This document shows, piece after piece, positions 38,288-47,576 of a stretch of 64,000 nucleotides of DNA. The stretch is from positions 96,001 to 160,000 of the IMG/VR virus record IMGVR_UViG_3300009185_000001. The stretch is one strand, 5' to 3'. Position numbers and translations under genes: made by a program. Under the pieces are notes generated by a model. That model was not told where the DNA came from. It ran no database searches and saw only the letters and a list, made by a program, of their open reading frames with translations. Position 1 is the first letter of the stretch. The number at the start of each line of letters is the position of its first letter. The DNA comes from a virus (lineage: Duplodnaviria > Caudoviricetes).

Positions 38288-38731
38288 ATGTTTGCACTAT
38301 TTAATAAAGATAAAAAGTTTATAGGATATAGTAATGATATTCCAGATAATTCTTGTATTTTAAAAAAAGAAATACCGCCTGAAACTTCTGATATGTTATT
38401 ATGGAGATGGGAAGGGGATTATGACAATGGAAAAATGATTTCCATCGGAATGGGATATCCCATCGAAGAAATTGAATTAGAGAAAAAGTTTTTTAATGAT
38501 ATAAACAAAAAATATCCAATAGAAACTCAAATTTTAAATATAATAAAACAGTTAAAAAAAATAGTTCAACATAATCAAGATATGATAGATGATGATTTTA
38601 TAGATATGGCTGATTGCATTATAAATGCGGAAGATAAATACAATAAAAGAATTAATTATTATAGAAATTACGAAAAATTAATATTAAAAAATGAATCAGA
38701 ACAACAATTCAAAAACATCTTTGGAAAATAA
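38288..38731 (+). CDS. Hypothetical protein (possible fibre assembly chaperone)
   Basis: Directly after the fibre gene; start placed at ATG 38288. Confidence 0.45.
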   Translation: MFALFNKDKKFIGYSNDIPDNSCILKKEIPPETSDMLLWRWEGDYDNGKMISIGMGYPIEEIELEKKFFNDINKKYPIETQILNIIKQLKKIVQHNQDMIDDDFIDMADCIINAEDKYNKRINYYRNYEKLILKNESEQQFKNIFGK

Positions 38732-39173
38732 AAAAGATCCATATCTAAAATTTAGATATTCCCGTGGATTAGGAGATGTTATAGCTTGTATTTTACATAG
38801 TAAATTTTTTGGATGGTTGACAAAATTTATAACCGGAAAATCTAAGCCATGCAGTACTTGTTCAAAAAGAGCAGATGCATTAAATTTACTATTTCCCATA
38901 CCATTTTGGAAATTATTTTTTAAAAATGCAGAATTGATGATTCAAGCACTTGAGACAGACTTAAAAGATTTTGGATATGAAACAAGTATAACCGAAGATG
39001 GTTTGGGGGTATCTTCATTCAAAGCGGATGAGATTGAATTAAAAAATTCGGAAAATATAACTTCTATAGATTATAATGAAAATGATTATATAAAAAATTA
39101 TAGTTTAATTAATAGTGGAGAAAATATTTTAGGAGATTTTTTGATTAAAACAGAAATATACAAAAGAAAATAA
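38691..39173 (+). CDS. Hypothetical protein with GLGD..CxxC..R..LN motif
   Basis: RGLGDVIA..KPCSTCSKRADALN. Confidence 0.55.
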   Translation: MNQNNNSKTSLENKKDPYLKFRYSRGLGDVIACILHSKFFGWLTKFITGKSKPCSTCSKRADALNLLFPIPFWKLFFKNAELMIQALETDLKDFGYETSITEDGLGVSSFKADEIELKNSENITSIDYNENDYIKNYSLINSGENILGDFLIKTEIYKRK

Positions 39174-39174
39174 T

Positions 39175-39642
39175 ATGGAAATAAAAATAATATCTACACA
39201 AAACATAACAAACTCTTTAGATTCTACTAGAGAATTTGGAAGTTTTTTACTAAAAGCAAATGCAGTCATTCATATGATACATTGGTATGTTTTAAACTAC
39301 AATTTACATAAAATATTAGGAAATTTATACGAAGATTTAGATGAATTGTTTGATAAATTGCAAGAAGAAATAATAGGAACAACAAGAAATAATAATTTAA
39401 ATTTTCCTAAAATTAATTTTCAAATTCCTGTTCTAGAATTAGATGATGTTTCTAGATTTGTAGATAATAATGATGAAATATTAAATATATATTTTGAGGT
39501 ATACAAAGAAGTTACCAGTGCAATAACTTCAATAGAATTTAATAATTTTACCACTCAGGTTAAAAGCGGAATACATAATACCGTAGATGAGATTCTATCT
39601 AGATTTAACAAGGCAAATTATCTTCTGTCTTTAGTTAAATAA
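39175..39642 (+). CDS. Ferritin/Dps-like four-helix protein (DUF5856-like)
   Basis: HMIHWYVLNYNLHKILGNLYEDLDELFDKLQEEIIG. Confidence 0.65.
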   Translation: MEIKIISTQNITNSLDSTREFGSFLLKANAVIHMIHWYVLNYNLHKILGNLYEDLDELFDKLQEEIIGTTRNNNLNFPKINFQIPVLELDDVSRFVDNNDEILNIYFEVYKEVTSAITSIEFNNFTTQVKSGIHNTVDEILSRFNKANYLLSLVK

Positions 39643-42600
39643 GTCCTAATCCTTTATATAATTCATAGGACAGTTCGCTATCTAAAAATCCTTCATCTCC
39701 AAACCAGTATTTAGAAGTTGATAAATTTTCATTAATCGTTGTTTGTGGATTTTCCCAATCTATTAAACCTTCTAATTGTTTATAATCATAACTAGGAATG
39801 AATTCATAAAATTCATAATAAGAAGGCCAATTATAATCAGTTAGTCCTATAAAATTTGCTAAAATACCTACGGTGTATACCTGACATCCATTTATTTCTC
39901 CTGTTTGTATTGTTTTATATTTGTTTATGGATTTGTCTTTTAATATTACTGGAGTACCTGCTGTTATTTTATAACATAAAGAAGTAATAAGATCTCCTCT
40001 GTTTACAACGTTTTGATTGTTGACTGTTGTATATGAAGTTTCTTGTAAAGATTTTGCTCCTAACAATCTAGATTGATTTATGCTAGCATAATCAATTACT
40101 CGTTGAACATTAGGAGGAAAATTTAATCTGAAGTCTTCAGAATCCATTCCAACTTTTTTAGCCATATCATAAATTTGATTTATATTGCAGTAATCAATGT
40201 CTGCATTATTTGAAACAAAGTTTGCAATTTTTTCATATATAGAAACACCTAAATCATCATGCTCAAATGGATACTTTCCGTATATAGAACCTAAAAAGTT
40301 TTCAAACAAATTAGTACTTTCATTCAAAGAAGGCATGAAAGCCATTGATTGCATTTGTTTTGCCATATCAAAATCTTCGTTTAATTTAAAAATAGTTGTG
40401 TCTTGATGCTCTGTAAAATTCAAATAACGCGATTGTCCTGTTATTGTTTCTTTAAATGTGTCTGTTGTAAAATAAGGAAGATGTTCTTTTCCGTATTTAT
40501 TAACCCATTTAAGACCTGTCCAATCTCCGGTTGCTTGTAACGATTTATTCCATATAGAATAATTCATTATGGTTGGACTTGATTGATCTTCAAGATAAAA
40601 TGTAAATCCTTGTGGATTTATGTAAAATGTATTTAATATTTGTTTTGTGTTTCTATCTAAAATGTATATTTGATTTTCAATTGAATTTATAATATAAACC
40701 CTTCCTTTTAAATCACACCCAATACCTTCTAGTGCAGTTTCATCGGTATTTATATTTGGATCAAACCAATCAGGAGCATATGTCGTTTCAGTTGTTCCTG
40801 ACAAGTTTATTGTAAAAAGTGTTCCAGTACTATTATCCACAGAACCAACCCAACTATAACTAAAAGTAAACCAAGGGTTTTGATCCGTATCGAGAGTCAA
40901 ATGATTTAAGCCTATTATAGGATAAACAGAACTTAATAGAATTCCATTTGAATTTCTTTTTTCTAAAGAACATTCTCTAGTACTCCAAATATTGTTTGAA
41001 AGAGCAACCCAAACATTATTGTCTTTGTCTACTGCTATTTCTTGTGGGCAAGAACAAACTGGGTATGAATGAGAATATAGTAAGTTTCCATTAGAATCAT
41101 ATTTGATTAAATATCCACTAGCAAAGTATGAATATGTAACCCATACATTATCTTCAGTGTCAGTGTCTATTCCCGTTGGTTCTATGATGCCATTTGCTTC
41201 GTTATTGAGCAAATTATAATCATATGGAGAATTTTCGTCATATTCATAATATGATGTTTGTGAATACCAATCACCAATTGCTGGAGCGGGTGGAAATTTA
41301 TATTCAATAGCAGATGCAGGAGTTATAGCAAATAAAAAATTTCCATATCTATCAAATTTAAGGGTTGATATTGTATCATAAAGCGTAACCCATATATCCT
41401 GTTTACTATCTAAAACAACAGATGCTGGAGATACTTGATCATAAGACCAAAATCCTAAATTATTATCAGAAACTACTTTATTTATGTCTATTGCACATAA
41501 TATATCTCCTCTTGTTGTAAGTCTATAAAGATTATTTAATTCTGAATCCAATGCCCATGCATGATATGTAGGAGAAGGCATAGCTGCTACACTGCATATT
41601 CCATGAATACCAGAAAGTGCCATAGCATCTTTCGAAAAATCGACTTGATCATCATTAATGATTGGCATTTCAAAAGTTTTAATAACAGCAACGTTCATGT
41701 TTGGAGTATCCATTGCTGCTGATAATACGGGATTGTATATGTACTGAGCAACAGTCATCAGCCCCGCTTCTGGATTGGATATCCATAGCATGGGATTATA
41801 ATATTGTGTAGAAAGAGCAGGAAATTCTATGTCAACACTTCCGGTAATAACCGAATTTAAAGAAGAAGCAGTAGTGGTAAAAAACGTTCCCTTATAATAA
41901 CCCGGAGTTTTATATCCCGTTTCATCTATCCATTTAAATTCTGTTGGTTGTGGAGTAAAATTTGAATTCAATCCTGTCGTACCTACTTTTATAGATAAAT
42001 TTCCAGAAAGAGGAATGCTATGACAAAATGCATATTCTGGATTTAAAATTTTTATACCATTACTTCCATCGTTCCATTCATAGTTGTCGGGATATGGAAT
42101 AATGCTATTCGTATTTATTAATACAGGTTGTTGAGCTTGAGGCCATCTAGGATTTACATAATCTCTAATACCATTTTCAGTTATCCTTACATTATCTGGT
42201 GGTCTCACCATAAAAATATAAGGACATGAAACAGTTGCTAAACTATTTGAAAATCCCGGCAAGTCTTTGTCTGCATTGGCACTATCGTTAAAAGATCTTA
42301 TTCCACTTGTTCTTAAGGTTGCGATAAGTGTTGTATATGGCTTATCTTCTATGAAAAGATCATAATTGTGTATATCATCAATACAATAAAATTCGGCACT
42401 TCCAGTCACGCCAGCCACTAAACCGTCTCCATTGTTATTTATTTTTCCTACAGCATTGGAATATATCTTATCTTCTTTTGGAATTATTGTTTTTATTATA
42501 TTTCCATCCAGATCTAAAAATCTCCATTCTGGTCTTAAAAAAGACCACTTATTTCTAGGCTCTTGTGTTTGATATGATCTTGAAAATTGTGTCGCTAAAT

Positions 42601-43225
42601 CGATATAATGCGGACCTTCTTTCGAAGATGTGAAATTTATTTTAAATGGATATCTATTATAATGTCCAGCAAATGTAGGGGGTGGAACAACATCAAAATA
42701 TATAGACTCGTTTATAATAAGATTTACATTTAAACTAGAAGATAGGGTTACAACACCAGAAGATACATATGCAAATAAAGAAATTATATAATTTCCAGGT
42801 AACTCATATATATGACTTGGATTTATTTCAGTGCTCATACCCCCATCACCAAAACTCCATAATAAAGAATATGAAGAAAGCGTTTGTTGACTATTTGTTG
42901 TGAATTGATATCTAGTTGCCCTAGCATATCCCACATCTGGAGACACTCCAAAAGTTAAATTAGAATATGCAGCTTCTTTTATTGAAAATTCTATAATAGA
43001 AGAATTTGCTCCCTCTGAATTAGTTAAAGTTACATAAGCATATCGTTTTTCAGCTTTAATCGGAGTTCCTACTAGTTCTCCTGTGTTTGTTATAGAAATT
43101 CCACTCGGAAGACCAACCGCAGACCATGTAAGCGGACTTGTTCCAGAATGAGAAATAAACGCTGAAAAATAACTTCCAACAGTTAAATTAAAAGATTGTT
43201 TAGGAGTTATGTTTGGAGCAGACAT
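39635..43225 (-). CDS. Large baseplate protein (gp7-like position) with Ig, PKD and beta-propeller domains
   Basis: WSAVGLPSGISI..GELVGTP; WSFGDG..PSHIY..PGNY; VDxDNNVWV repeats; follows gp25-gp6. Confidence 0.65.
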   Translation of the reverse strand: MSAPNITPKQSFNLTVGSYFSAFISHSGTSPLTWSAVGLPSGISITNTGELVGTPIKAEKRYAYVTLTNSEGANSSIIEFSIKEAAYSNLTFGVSPDVGYARATRYQFTTNSQQTLSSYSLLWSFGDGGMSTEINPSHIYELPGNYIISLFAYVSSGVVTLSSSLNVNLIINESIYFDVVPPPTFAGHYNRYPFKINFTSSKEGPHYIDLATQFSRSYQTQEPRNKWSFLRPEWRFLDLDGNIIKTIIPKEDKIYSNAVGKINNNGDGLVAGVTGSAEFYCIDDIHNYDLFIEDKPYTTLIATLRTSGIRSFNDSANADKDLPGFSNSLATVSCPYIFMVRPPDNVRITENGIRDYVNPRWPQAQQPVLINTNSIIPYPDNYEWNDGSNGIKILNPEYAFCHSIPLSGNLSIKVGTTGLNSNFTPQPTEFKWIDETGYKTPGYYKGTFFTTTASSLNSVITGSVDIEFPALSTQYYNPMLWISNPEAGLMTVAQYIYNPVLSAAMDTPNMNVAVIKTFEMPIINDDQVDFSKDAMALSGIHGICSVAAMPSPTYHAWALDSELNNLYRLTTRGDILCAIDINKVVSDNNLGFWSYDQVSPASVVLDSKQDIWVTLYDTISTLKFDRYGNFLFAITPASAIEYKFPPAPAIGDWYSQTSYYEYDENSPYDYNLLNNEANGIIEPTGIDTDTEDNVWVTYSYFASGYLIKYDSNGNLLYSHSYPVCSCPQEIAVDKDNNVWVALSNNIWSTRECSLEKRNSNGILLSSVYPIIGLNHLTLDTDQNPWFTFSYSWVGSVDNSTGTLFTINLSGTTETTYAPDWFDPNINTDETALEGIGCDLKGRVYIINSIENQIYILDRNTKQILNTFYINPQGFTFYLEDQSSPTIMNYSIWNKSLQATGDWTGLKWVNKYGKEHLPYFTTDTFKETITGQSRYLNFTEHQDTTIFKLNEDFDMAKQMQSMAFMPSLNESTNLFENFLGSIYGKYPFEHDDLGVSIYEKIANFVSNNADIDYCNINQIYDMAKKVGMDSEDFRLNFPPNVQRVIDYASINQSRLLGAKSLQETSYTTVNNQNVVNRGDLITSLCYKITAGTPVILKDKSINKYKTIQTGEINGCQVYTVGILANFIGLTDYNWPSYYEFYEFIPSYDYKQLEGLIDWENPQTTINENLSTSKYWFGDEGFLDSELSYELYKGLGLI

Positions 43226-43231
43226 TTTTTT

Positions 43232-45034
43232 TTAAAAATCAACGGCTTTTATATATCCACTTGGTTCAACAACTTCTATTCTAGAACCAATATTATTAAT
43301 ATTATTAAACACCGCATATTGATAAAATCCTAGCGTAACGTTTTGAGTATAAACCTTCGAATCTTGATTTGGGTATAAATCATTCCACAACAATATAGAA
43401 ATTCCGTTTACAGAAGTATTTGTATCATATCTATAGGTATCAACATTTGCTACTCCATCTATATTTAATATATCAGATGTTAATTTATATAAATCAATTA
43501 TTTGTCCTAATTTAGAAACTTTGTGATTAAAATTATTTAAAAATAAAGTTCTAATATCATTAACAATAGCCGAAGAAGCTCTTCTACTATTTTTATTTTT
43601 TGTTATTCTTAACTTAGAATTTGCTAAATCGTTTACACTTGATACACCATTAATAGGTTTTGCGTAAAAATCTAAATTCATATAAACAGGGTCCATAACA
43701 ACAATTTTTGATGTTATTGTTTTATTTTCATTCAATCCATTTATAATTAATTCTTTCTGCGGAGGAGCTAAAAAATCTTGTAATTCATTTTTTGGAACCG
43801 CATATACATATAAATTGTTAAAATTACAACTATTAGCAAATTTTATTTGATTTAATAAAATTTGATTTTCAAGCTGTGGATCGTTTAATCCTATTTCATA
43901 TAAATATTTTATATGACCTCTCATGTAATCATCATTGCTTATTACTTTAGAATCACATAAAATATTAAAATAATTTGCTTCTATAAAAGATTCATAGTCT
44001 CTATCGGTTACTAAACGATACTGAGATCTAAAGTTTTTTGGTGCATTCAATCGAATTGAATCTACATTTTCATAATCAGAATATGAATTGGAAGGATATT
44101 CATTAGACAGTGAAATAAAACTTAACTGTTGAGTTGAGAGTTTTTCTTCATAATTAAAACTAATATCAGATATAATTTCATTATATCGTACAGTATTGTA
44201 TTGAACAAATTTTGAACCATTTAATCCATTTGGAGCAACACCAGCAGCATTTGGATTTATTTGTAGATAATAAACAGCAACTTGATCACCCTCGTTTAAT
44301 TTTTTTCCATTGATACCATCTCCAAATTGTATTTCATATCTAAGATTTTCATTAAACCTTGTTGTAAAAACATTTTCAGTTGCAGTATATAAAAATAAGT
44401 CTGAAACATTTGTCCATTCTTGCCATTTAATTGCATTTTTTGGTTTTACATATACAAAAATATTAAAATGGTCAATTTGTATAGTAGTATCTAATGCCAA
44501 ATAAAGAACCTCATTGTCTATTCCAGCTGCACTATATAGTGGATATTCTTGAAAAGTTCCTTGATAAAGCAAATAGTTATTATTAACGTCTTCTATCTGT
44601 GAAGCAGCATCTACTAGCTTTGAAAATGCTATATCTTTATTTGTAGAAAATTGAGTTCCGCCTACATTGATATAACTATATCTAGAGATGAAGTAGTTGC
44701 CCCTAGAAAGCCCGTCAGTGGCTCCTAAACCAAAAGGAATGTTCTGCCCTATGCGACCAACAGGTTTATAATTTAAAAGCTTTACGATTCTATTCATGTT
44801 CTCATAAATTTGAGATTCTGAAAACATACTTTCTGAGGAAGTTTTATTCAAATAATACAAAAGAGTTGTAAATGTATAACTGATTATATCAATAAAACCT
44901 GATAGGTTAGATCCTTGATAATTTTGATCAGTAAAAACCTTTCCTTGATTTAATCGATTTACTATGATGTCTCTTATACTGACACCATCAAAAGCTACGT
45001 AGGAATTTTTATTGAAAGGAATTAAGTCACTCAT
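43232..45034 (-). CDS. gp6: Baseplate wedge subunit
   Basis: FD..IRD..FTDQNYQGSNLS..IVKLLNYKP; YEIQFGDG..GKKL; SIRLNAPKNFRSQYRLVT..DYE. Confidence 0.85.
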   Translation of the reverse strand: MSDLIPFNKNSYVAFDGVSIRDIIVNRLNQGKVFTDQNYQGSNLSGFIDIISYTFTTLLYYLNKTSSESMFSESQIYENMNRIVKLLNYKPVGRIGQNIPFGLGATDGLSRGNYFISRYSYINVGGTQFSTNKDIAFSKLVDAASQIEDVNNNYLLYQGTFQEYPLYSAAGIDNEVLYLALDTTIQIDHFNIFVYVKPKNAIKWQEWTNVSDLFLYTATENVFTTRFNENLRYEIQFGDGINGKKLNEGDQVAVYYLQINPNAAGVAPNGLNGSKFVQYNTVRYNEIISDISFNYEEKLSTQQLSFISLSNEYPSNSYSDYENVDSIRLNAPKNFRSQYRLVTDRDYESFIEANYFNILCDSKVISNDDYMRGHIKYLYEIGLNDPQLENQILLNQIKFANSCNFNNLYVYAVPKNELQDFLAPPQKELIINGLNENKTITSKIVVMDPVYMNLDFYAKPINGVSSVNDLANSKLRITKNKNSRRASSAIVNDIRTLFLNNFNHKVSKLGQIIDLYKLTSDILNIDGVANVDTYRYDTNTSVNGISILLWNDLYPNQDSKVYTQNVTLGFYQYAVFNNINNIGSRIEVVEPSGYIKAVDF

Positions 45035-45534
45035 AAAATGTTTATATTATTTGCTTGAAAGTTTATTTGAAATCTATCAACCTTTCCAATATTTAATAGT
45101 TTATACACAAATAAAACATAATATTGATTTTCTTCGGGCATTGGCATTACTTGTACATTTTGCACTTCTATTCTAGGTTCTTGTGCAGCGGATTCTAATA
45201 TATTATTACCAAGTATTTTTGCTTTGAATTCTGTTATTCCTTCAAACAAATATTGGTCTAAAGATCCACCAAAGTTAGGACTTAATAATTTCTGTCCCTT
45301 TTTTGTTGTGAATATATTATAAAGAGAATTTCTTATTGCATTTGAATCATAATCAGCAACAATATCGTTACTTTCAACGGTGTTCAAACCATTTCCAACA
45401 TTATTATTTATAATTAAGTCCAAGTGCAAATCAGTATATACATATTGATTTTCCTTTGTTTCCTTTGAAGGATAATTAGTAGGAGAATTTACTTCTCTTG
45501 GTTTTATAAGATTATCTATGTAAATAGCAGCCAT
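45031..45534 (-). CDS. gp25: Baseplate wedge subunit
   Basis: AIRNSLYNIFTTKKGQKLLSPNFGGSL..LFE..EPRIEV; start placed at ATG 45534. Confidence 0.85.
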   Translation of the reverse strand: MAAIYIDNLIKPREVNSPTNYPSKETKENQYVYTDLHLDLIINNNVGNGLNTVESNDIVADYDSNAIRNSLYNIFTTKKGQKLLSPNFGGSLDQYLFEGITEFKAKILGNNILESAAQEPRIEVQNVQVMPMPEENQYYVLFVYKLLNIGKVDRFQINFQANNINIL

Positions 45535-45540
45535 GTATGG

Positions 45541-45550
45541 TAAATATTTA
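45541..45550. promoter_or_regulatory. Palindromic bidirectional late promoter TAAATATTTA
   Basis: TAAATA on both strands between divergent gp25 and the 45570 gene. Confidence 0.55.
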
Positions 45551-45569
45551 TGATAAAAACCCAATATAT

Positions 45570-46193
45570 ATGAGTAAAAAATTTAATAAATTTGAAACTT
45601 TATGCGAAAAGGCATTTACACACCATTCTAATGGTGGATTTCGTACAAATACACCAGTAAAACTTAGACCCGAATTTTTTAATTCAGATTTCTACAAGAC
45701 TCGTTACCAAACAGATTCTTTATTTGATACATGGCTGAGAGGATGTATTCAACAAAATCCTAATCTATTCTTTTTTATTCATGACATCGCAGCAAACAGC
45801 ACGAATGCAAGTGCTAAAGATGCAAACGACTTAGCAGGTTCTAATTACACCATCTTAACACTGAAAATGGATCCAAGAACATTGCAAGCACCTACGGAAT
45901 ATAATGAATTCTCGGTTCCGGGTGATTTTAATCTTATTGAGGTATTAGATTTTGGTATTAATCTTCCTCCTGTACAAGGAGTTCCTAATAAGTACGAAAA
46001 CTACGAAGCATATACTCAAAGCAAACCTGTACCCGCAAATCCTGATGATTTTAAAGCATTAGGAAATCAACCAATGGATAATAAACTTCCAGTGGCACAT
46101 ACAGCAATTCCTGCTTCTCCTGCTATTGCTAAAAAATATTTTACAGGTCCAACTCGCTCTAAAAAGAACGGCCCTAAGAAATTAAAAAAATAA
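45570..46193 (+). CDS. Late hypothetical protein
   Basis: Start placed at MSKKFNKFETLCE after the promoter; Pro-rich basic C-terminus. Confidence 0.6.
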   Translation: MSKKFNKFETLCEKAFTHHSNGGFRTNTPVKLRPEFFNSDFYKTRYQTDSLFDTWLRGCIQQNPNLFFFIHDIAANSTNASAKDANDLAGSNYTILTLKMDPRTLQAPTEYNEFSVPGDFNLIEVLDFGINLPPVQGVPNKYENYEAYTQSKPVPANPDDFKALGNQPMDNKLPVAHTAIPASPAIAKKYFTGPTRSKKNGPKKLKK

Positions 46194-46194
46194 T

Positions 46195-47133
46195 TTAGAT
46201 AGAAGCTTCGATTGCCAAAATGCAACAGAAGAAATTGATTTCGTGATCTAATACGAAATTATCTCTATACATATATTCTCCAAGATTTAAGAGAAACATT
46301 TTTTTGCATTTTTCATCAATATCTGTACAATCATATACATAATTAAACATATTGATCATAAGTTTCTGATAATCATTACCAAATAACTTTTCAGATTCGA
46401 TTACAGTTTTTCTAATTTCCAAAGAAGACAATTTTGAAATTGCAAGTCCTTTAATTATAAAACTAAAAAGATCACAGACTTCATTTTTTTCTGGAAATAT
46501 AAGAGTTCCTGTTACAGAAAACTTCTGAAGATCATTAACAATTCTCCTCATATCAGGATATCGTTCGGTTAAAAACTCCGATAGCTTAACTTTCATTGTA
46601 TCAGAATCAAATTTAATATTTTCTTTCTGTAAAATTTCTATACAACGCTGTCCACAGGATTTTAAGGTAGGTTGAAGCTTAAAGAGTACACACCTAGAAC
46701 GAATGGGTTCGATTATTTTATTTATATAATTAGCAGTCAGAATGAATCGTGTAGTATCAACATATTCTTCCATGACATTACGAAGCATTCGCAAAGAATC
46801 TCCTGTAAGACCGTCTGCCTCCTCTAATATTACTATCTTCCTCTTACTATCAATAGAACGTGTTTGTGCAAAACTAATGACCTTGTTGCGAATAGTATCA
46901 ACACCATTTTCATCAGATGCGTTAATATACAAGTACTGGCACTTGAGAAGATCATTTACAATTATCTTTGATAAGGTACTTTTACCCGTGCCCGGTGAAC
47001 CATAAAACAACAAACTAGGAACATCATCCGTAATAGTTTTGAAGTGATCCTTTACTTCAGTATCTAAAAGAATTTCGTCTAATGTTTTTGGGCGGTATTT
47101 TTCAACCCAAAGATTGTTATAGTGATTAGTCAT
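46195..47133 (-). CDS. gp44: Clamp loader large subunit (RFC-like AAA+)
   Basis: LWVEKYRPKTLDE, GSPGTGKST, INASDENGVD, LEEADGL, IIEPIRSRC. Confidence 0.92.
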   Translation of the reverse strand: MTNHYNNLWVEKYRPKTLDEILLDTEVKDHFKTITDDVPSLLFYGSPGTGKSTLSKIIVNDLLKCQYLYINASDENGVDTIRNKVISFAQTRSIDSKRKIVILEEADGLTGDSLRMLRNVMEEYVDTTRFILTANYINKIIEPIRSRCVLFKLQPTLKSCGQRCIEILQKENIKFDSDTMKVKLSEFLTERYPDMRRIVNDLQKFSVTGTLIFPEKNEVCDLFSFIIKGLAISKLSSLEIRKTVIESEKLFGNDYQKLMINMFNYVYDCTDIDEKCKKMFLLNLGEYMYRDNFVLDHEINFFCCILAIEASI

Positions 47134-47134
47134 T

Positions 47135-47518
47135 TTATTTAAATTCTGGTTCTATTGTTAAAAGAGGTAGATAAACAATTTTTGCTATCTCATCTCCAGA
47201 ATTCAATAAATAATCTCTGTCGGAAGAATTGTAAAGAAGAATTTTCAACTCGCCCCTAAAAGAATTATCAATGGATTTAAAAATTGGCTGTATTCCATAT
47301 TCTTTTACTAAATTTTCAAGCGGTAGAATCAATCCCCATGCTCCCTTAACAAAGTCTTCAATAATAAGACCAGTATCTATCAAAACACTCTTATGCTCTG
47401 CTATAATCTTGCAATCGATGGATTTTAAAATATAACCAGAATCGCTTTGATTATTTCGAAATGGAAGAACTGCATCTTCGTCACTTTTTGAGAATATTAT
47501 TTTTGGAACTGTAAACAT
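47135..47518 (-). CDS. dUTPase-fold protein with degenerate catalytic motifs
   Basis: Trimeric Dut scaffold (DTGL, IDNSFRGE, GDEIAK); motifs 1, 2 and 4 altered and motif 5 missing. Confidence 0.75.
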   Translation of the reverse strand: MFTVPKIIFSKSDEDAVLPFRNNQSDSGYILKSIDCKIIAEHKSVLIDTGLIIEDFVKGAWGLILPLENLVKEYGIQPIFKSIDNSFRGELKILLYNSSDRDYLLNSGDEIAKIVYLPLLTIEPEFK

Positions 47519-47524
47519 GATCTT

Positions 47525-47552
47525 ATTATAGTGGAATACTTGGCTTATTCAA
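47525..47552 (-). promoter_or_regulatory. Sigma70-type promoter for the dUTPase-like/gp44 operon
   Basis: TTGAAT-16 nt-TATAAT, 6 nt before ATG 47518. Confidence 0.55.
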
Positions 47553-47553
47553 C

Positions 47554-47563
47554 TAAATATTTA
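47554..47563. promoter_or_regulatory. Late promoter within palindrome TAAATATTTA upstream of small terminase
   Basis: TAAATA at 47554-47559. Confidence 0.5.
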
Positions 47564-47576
47564 AAATATATATAAC

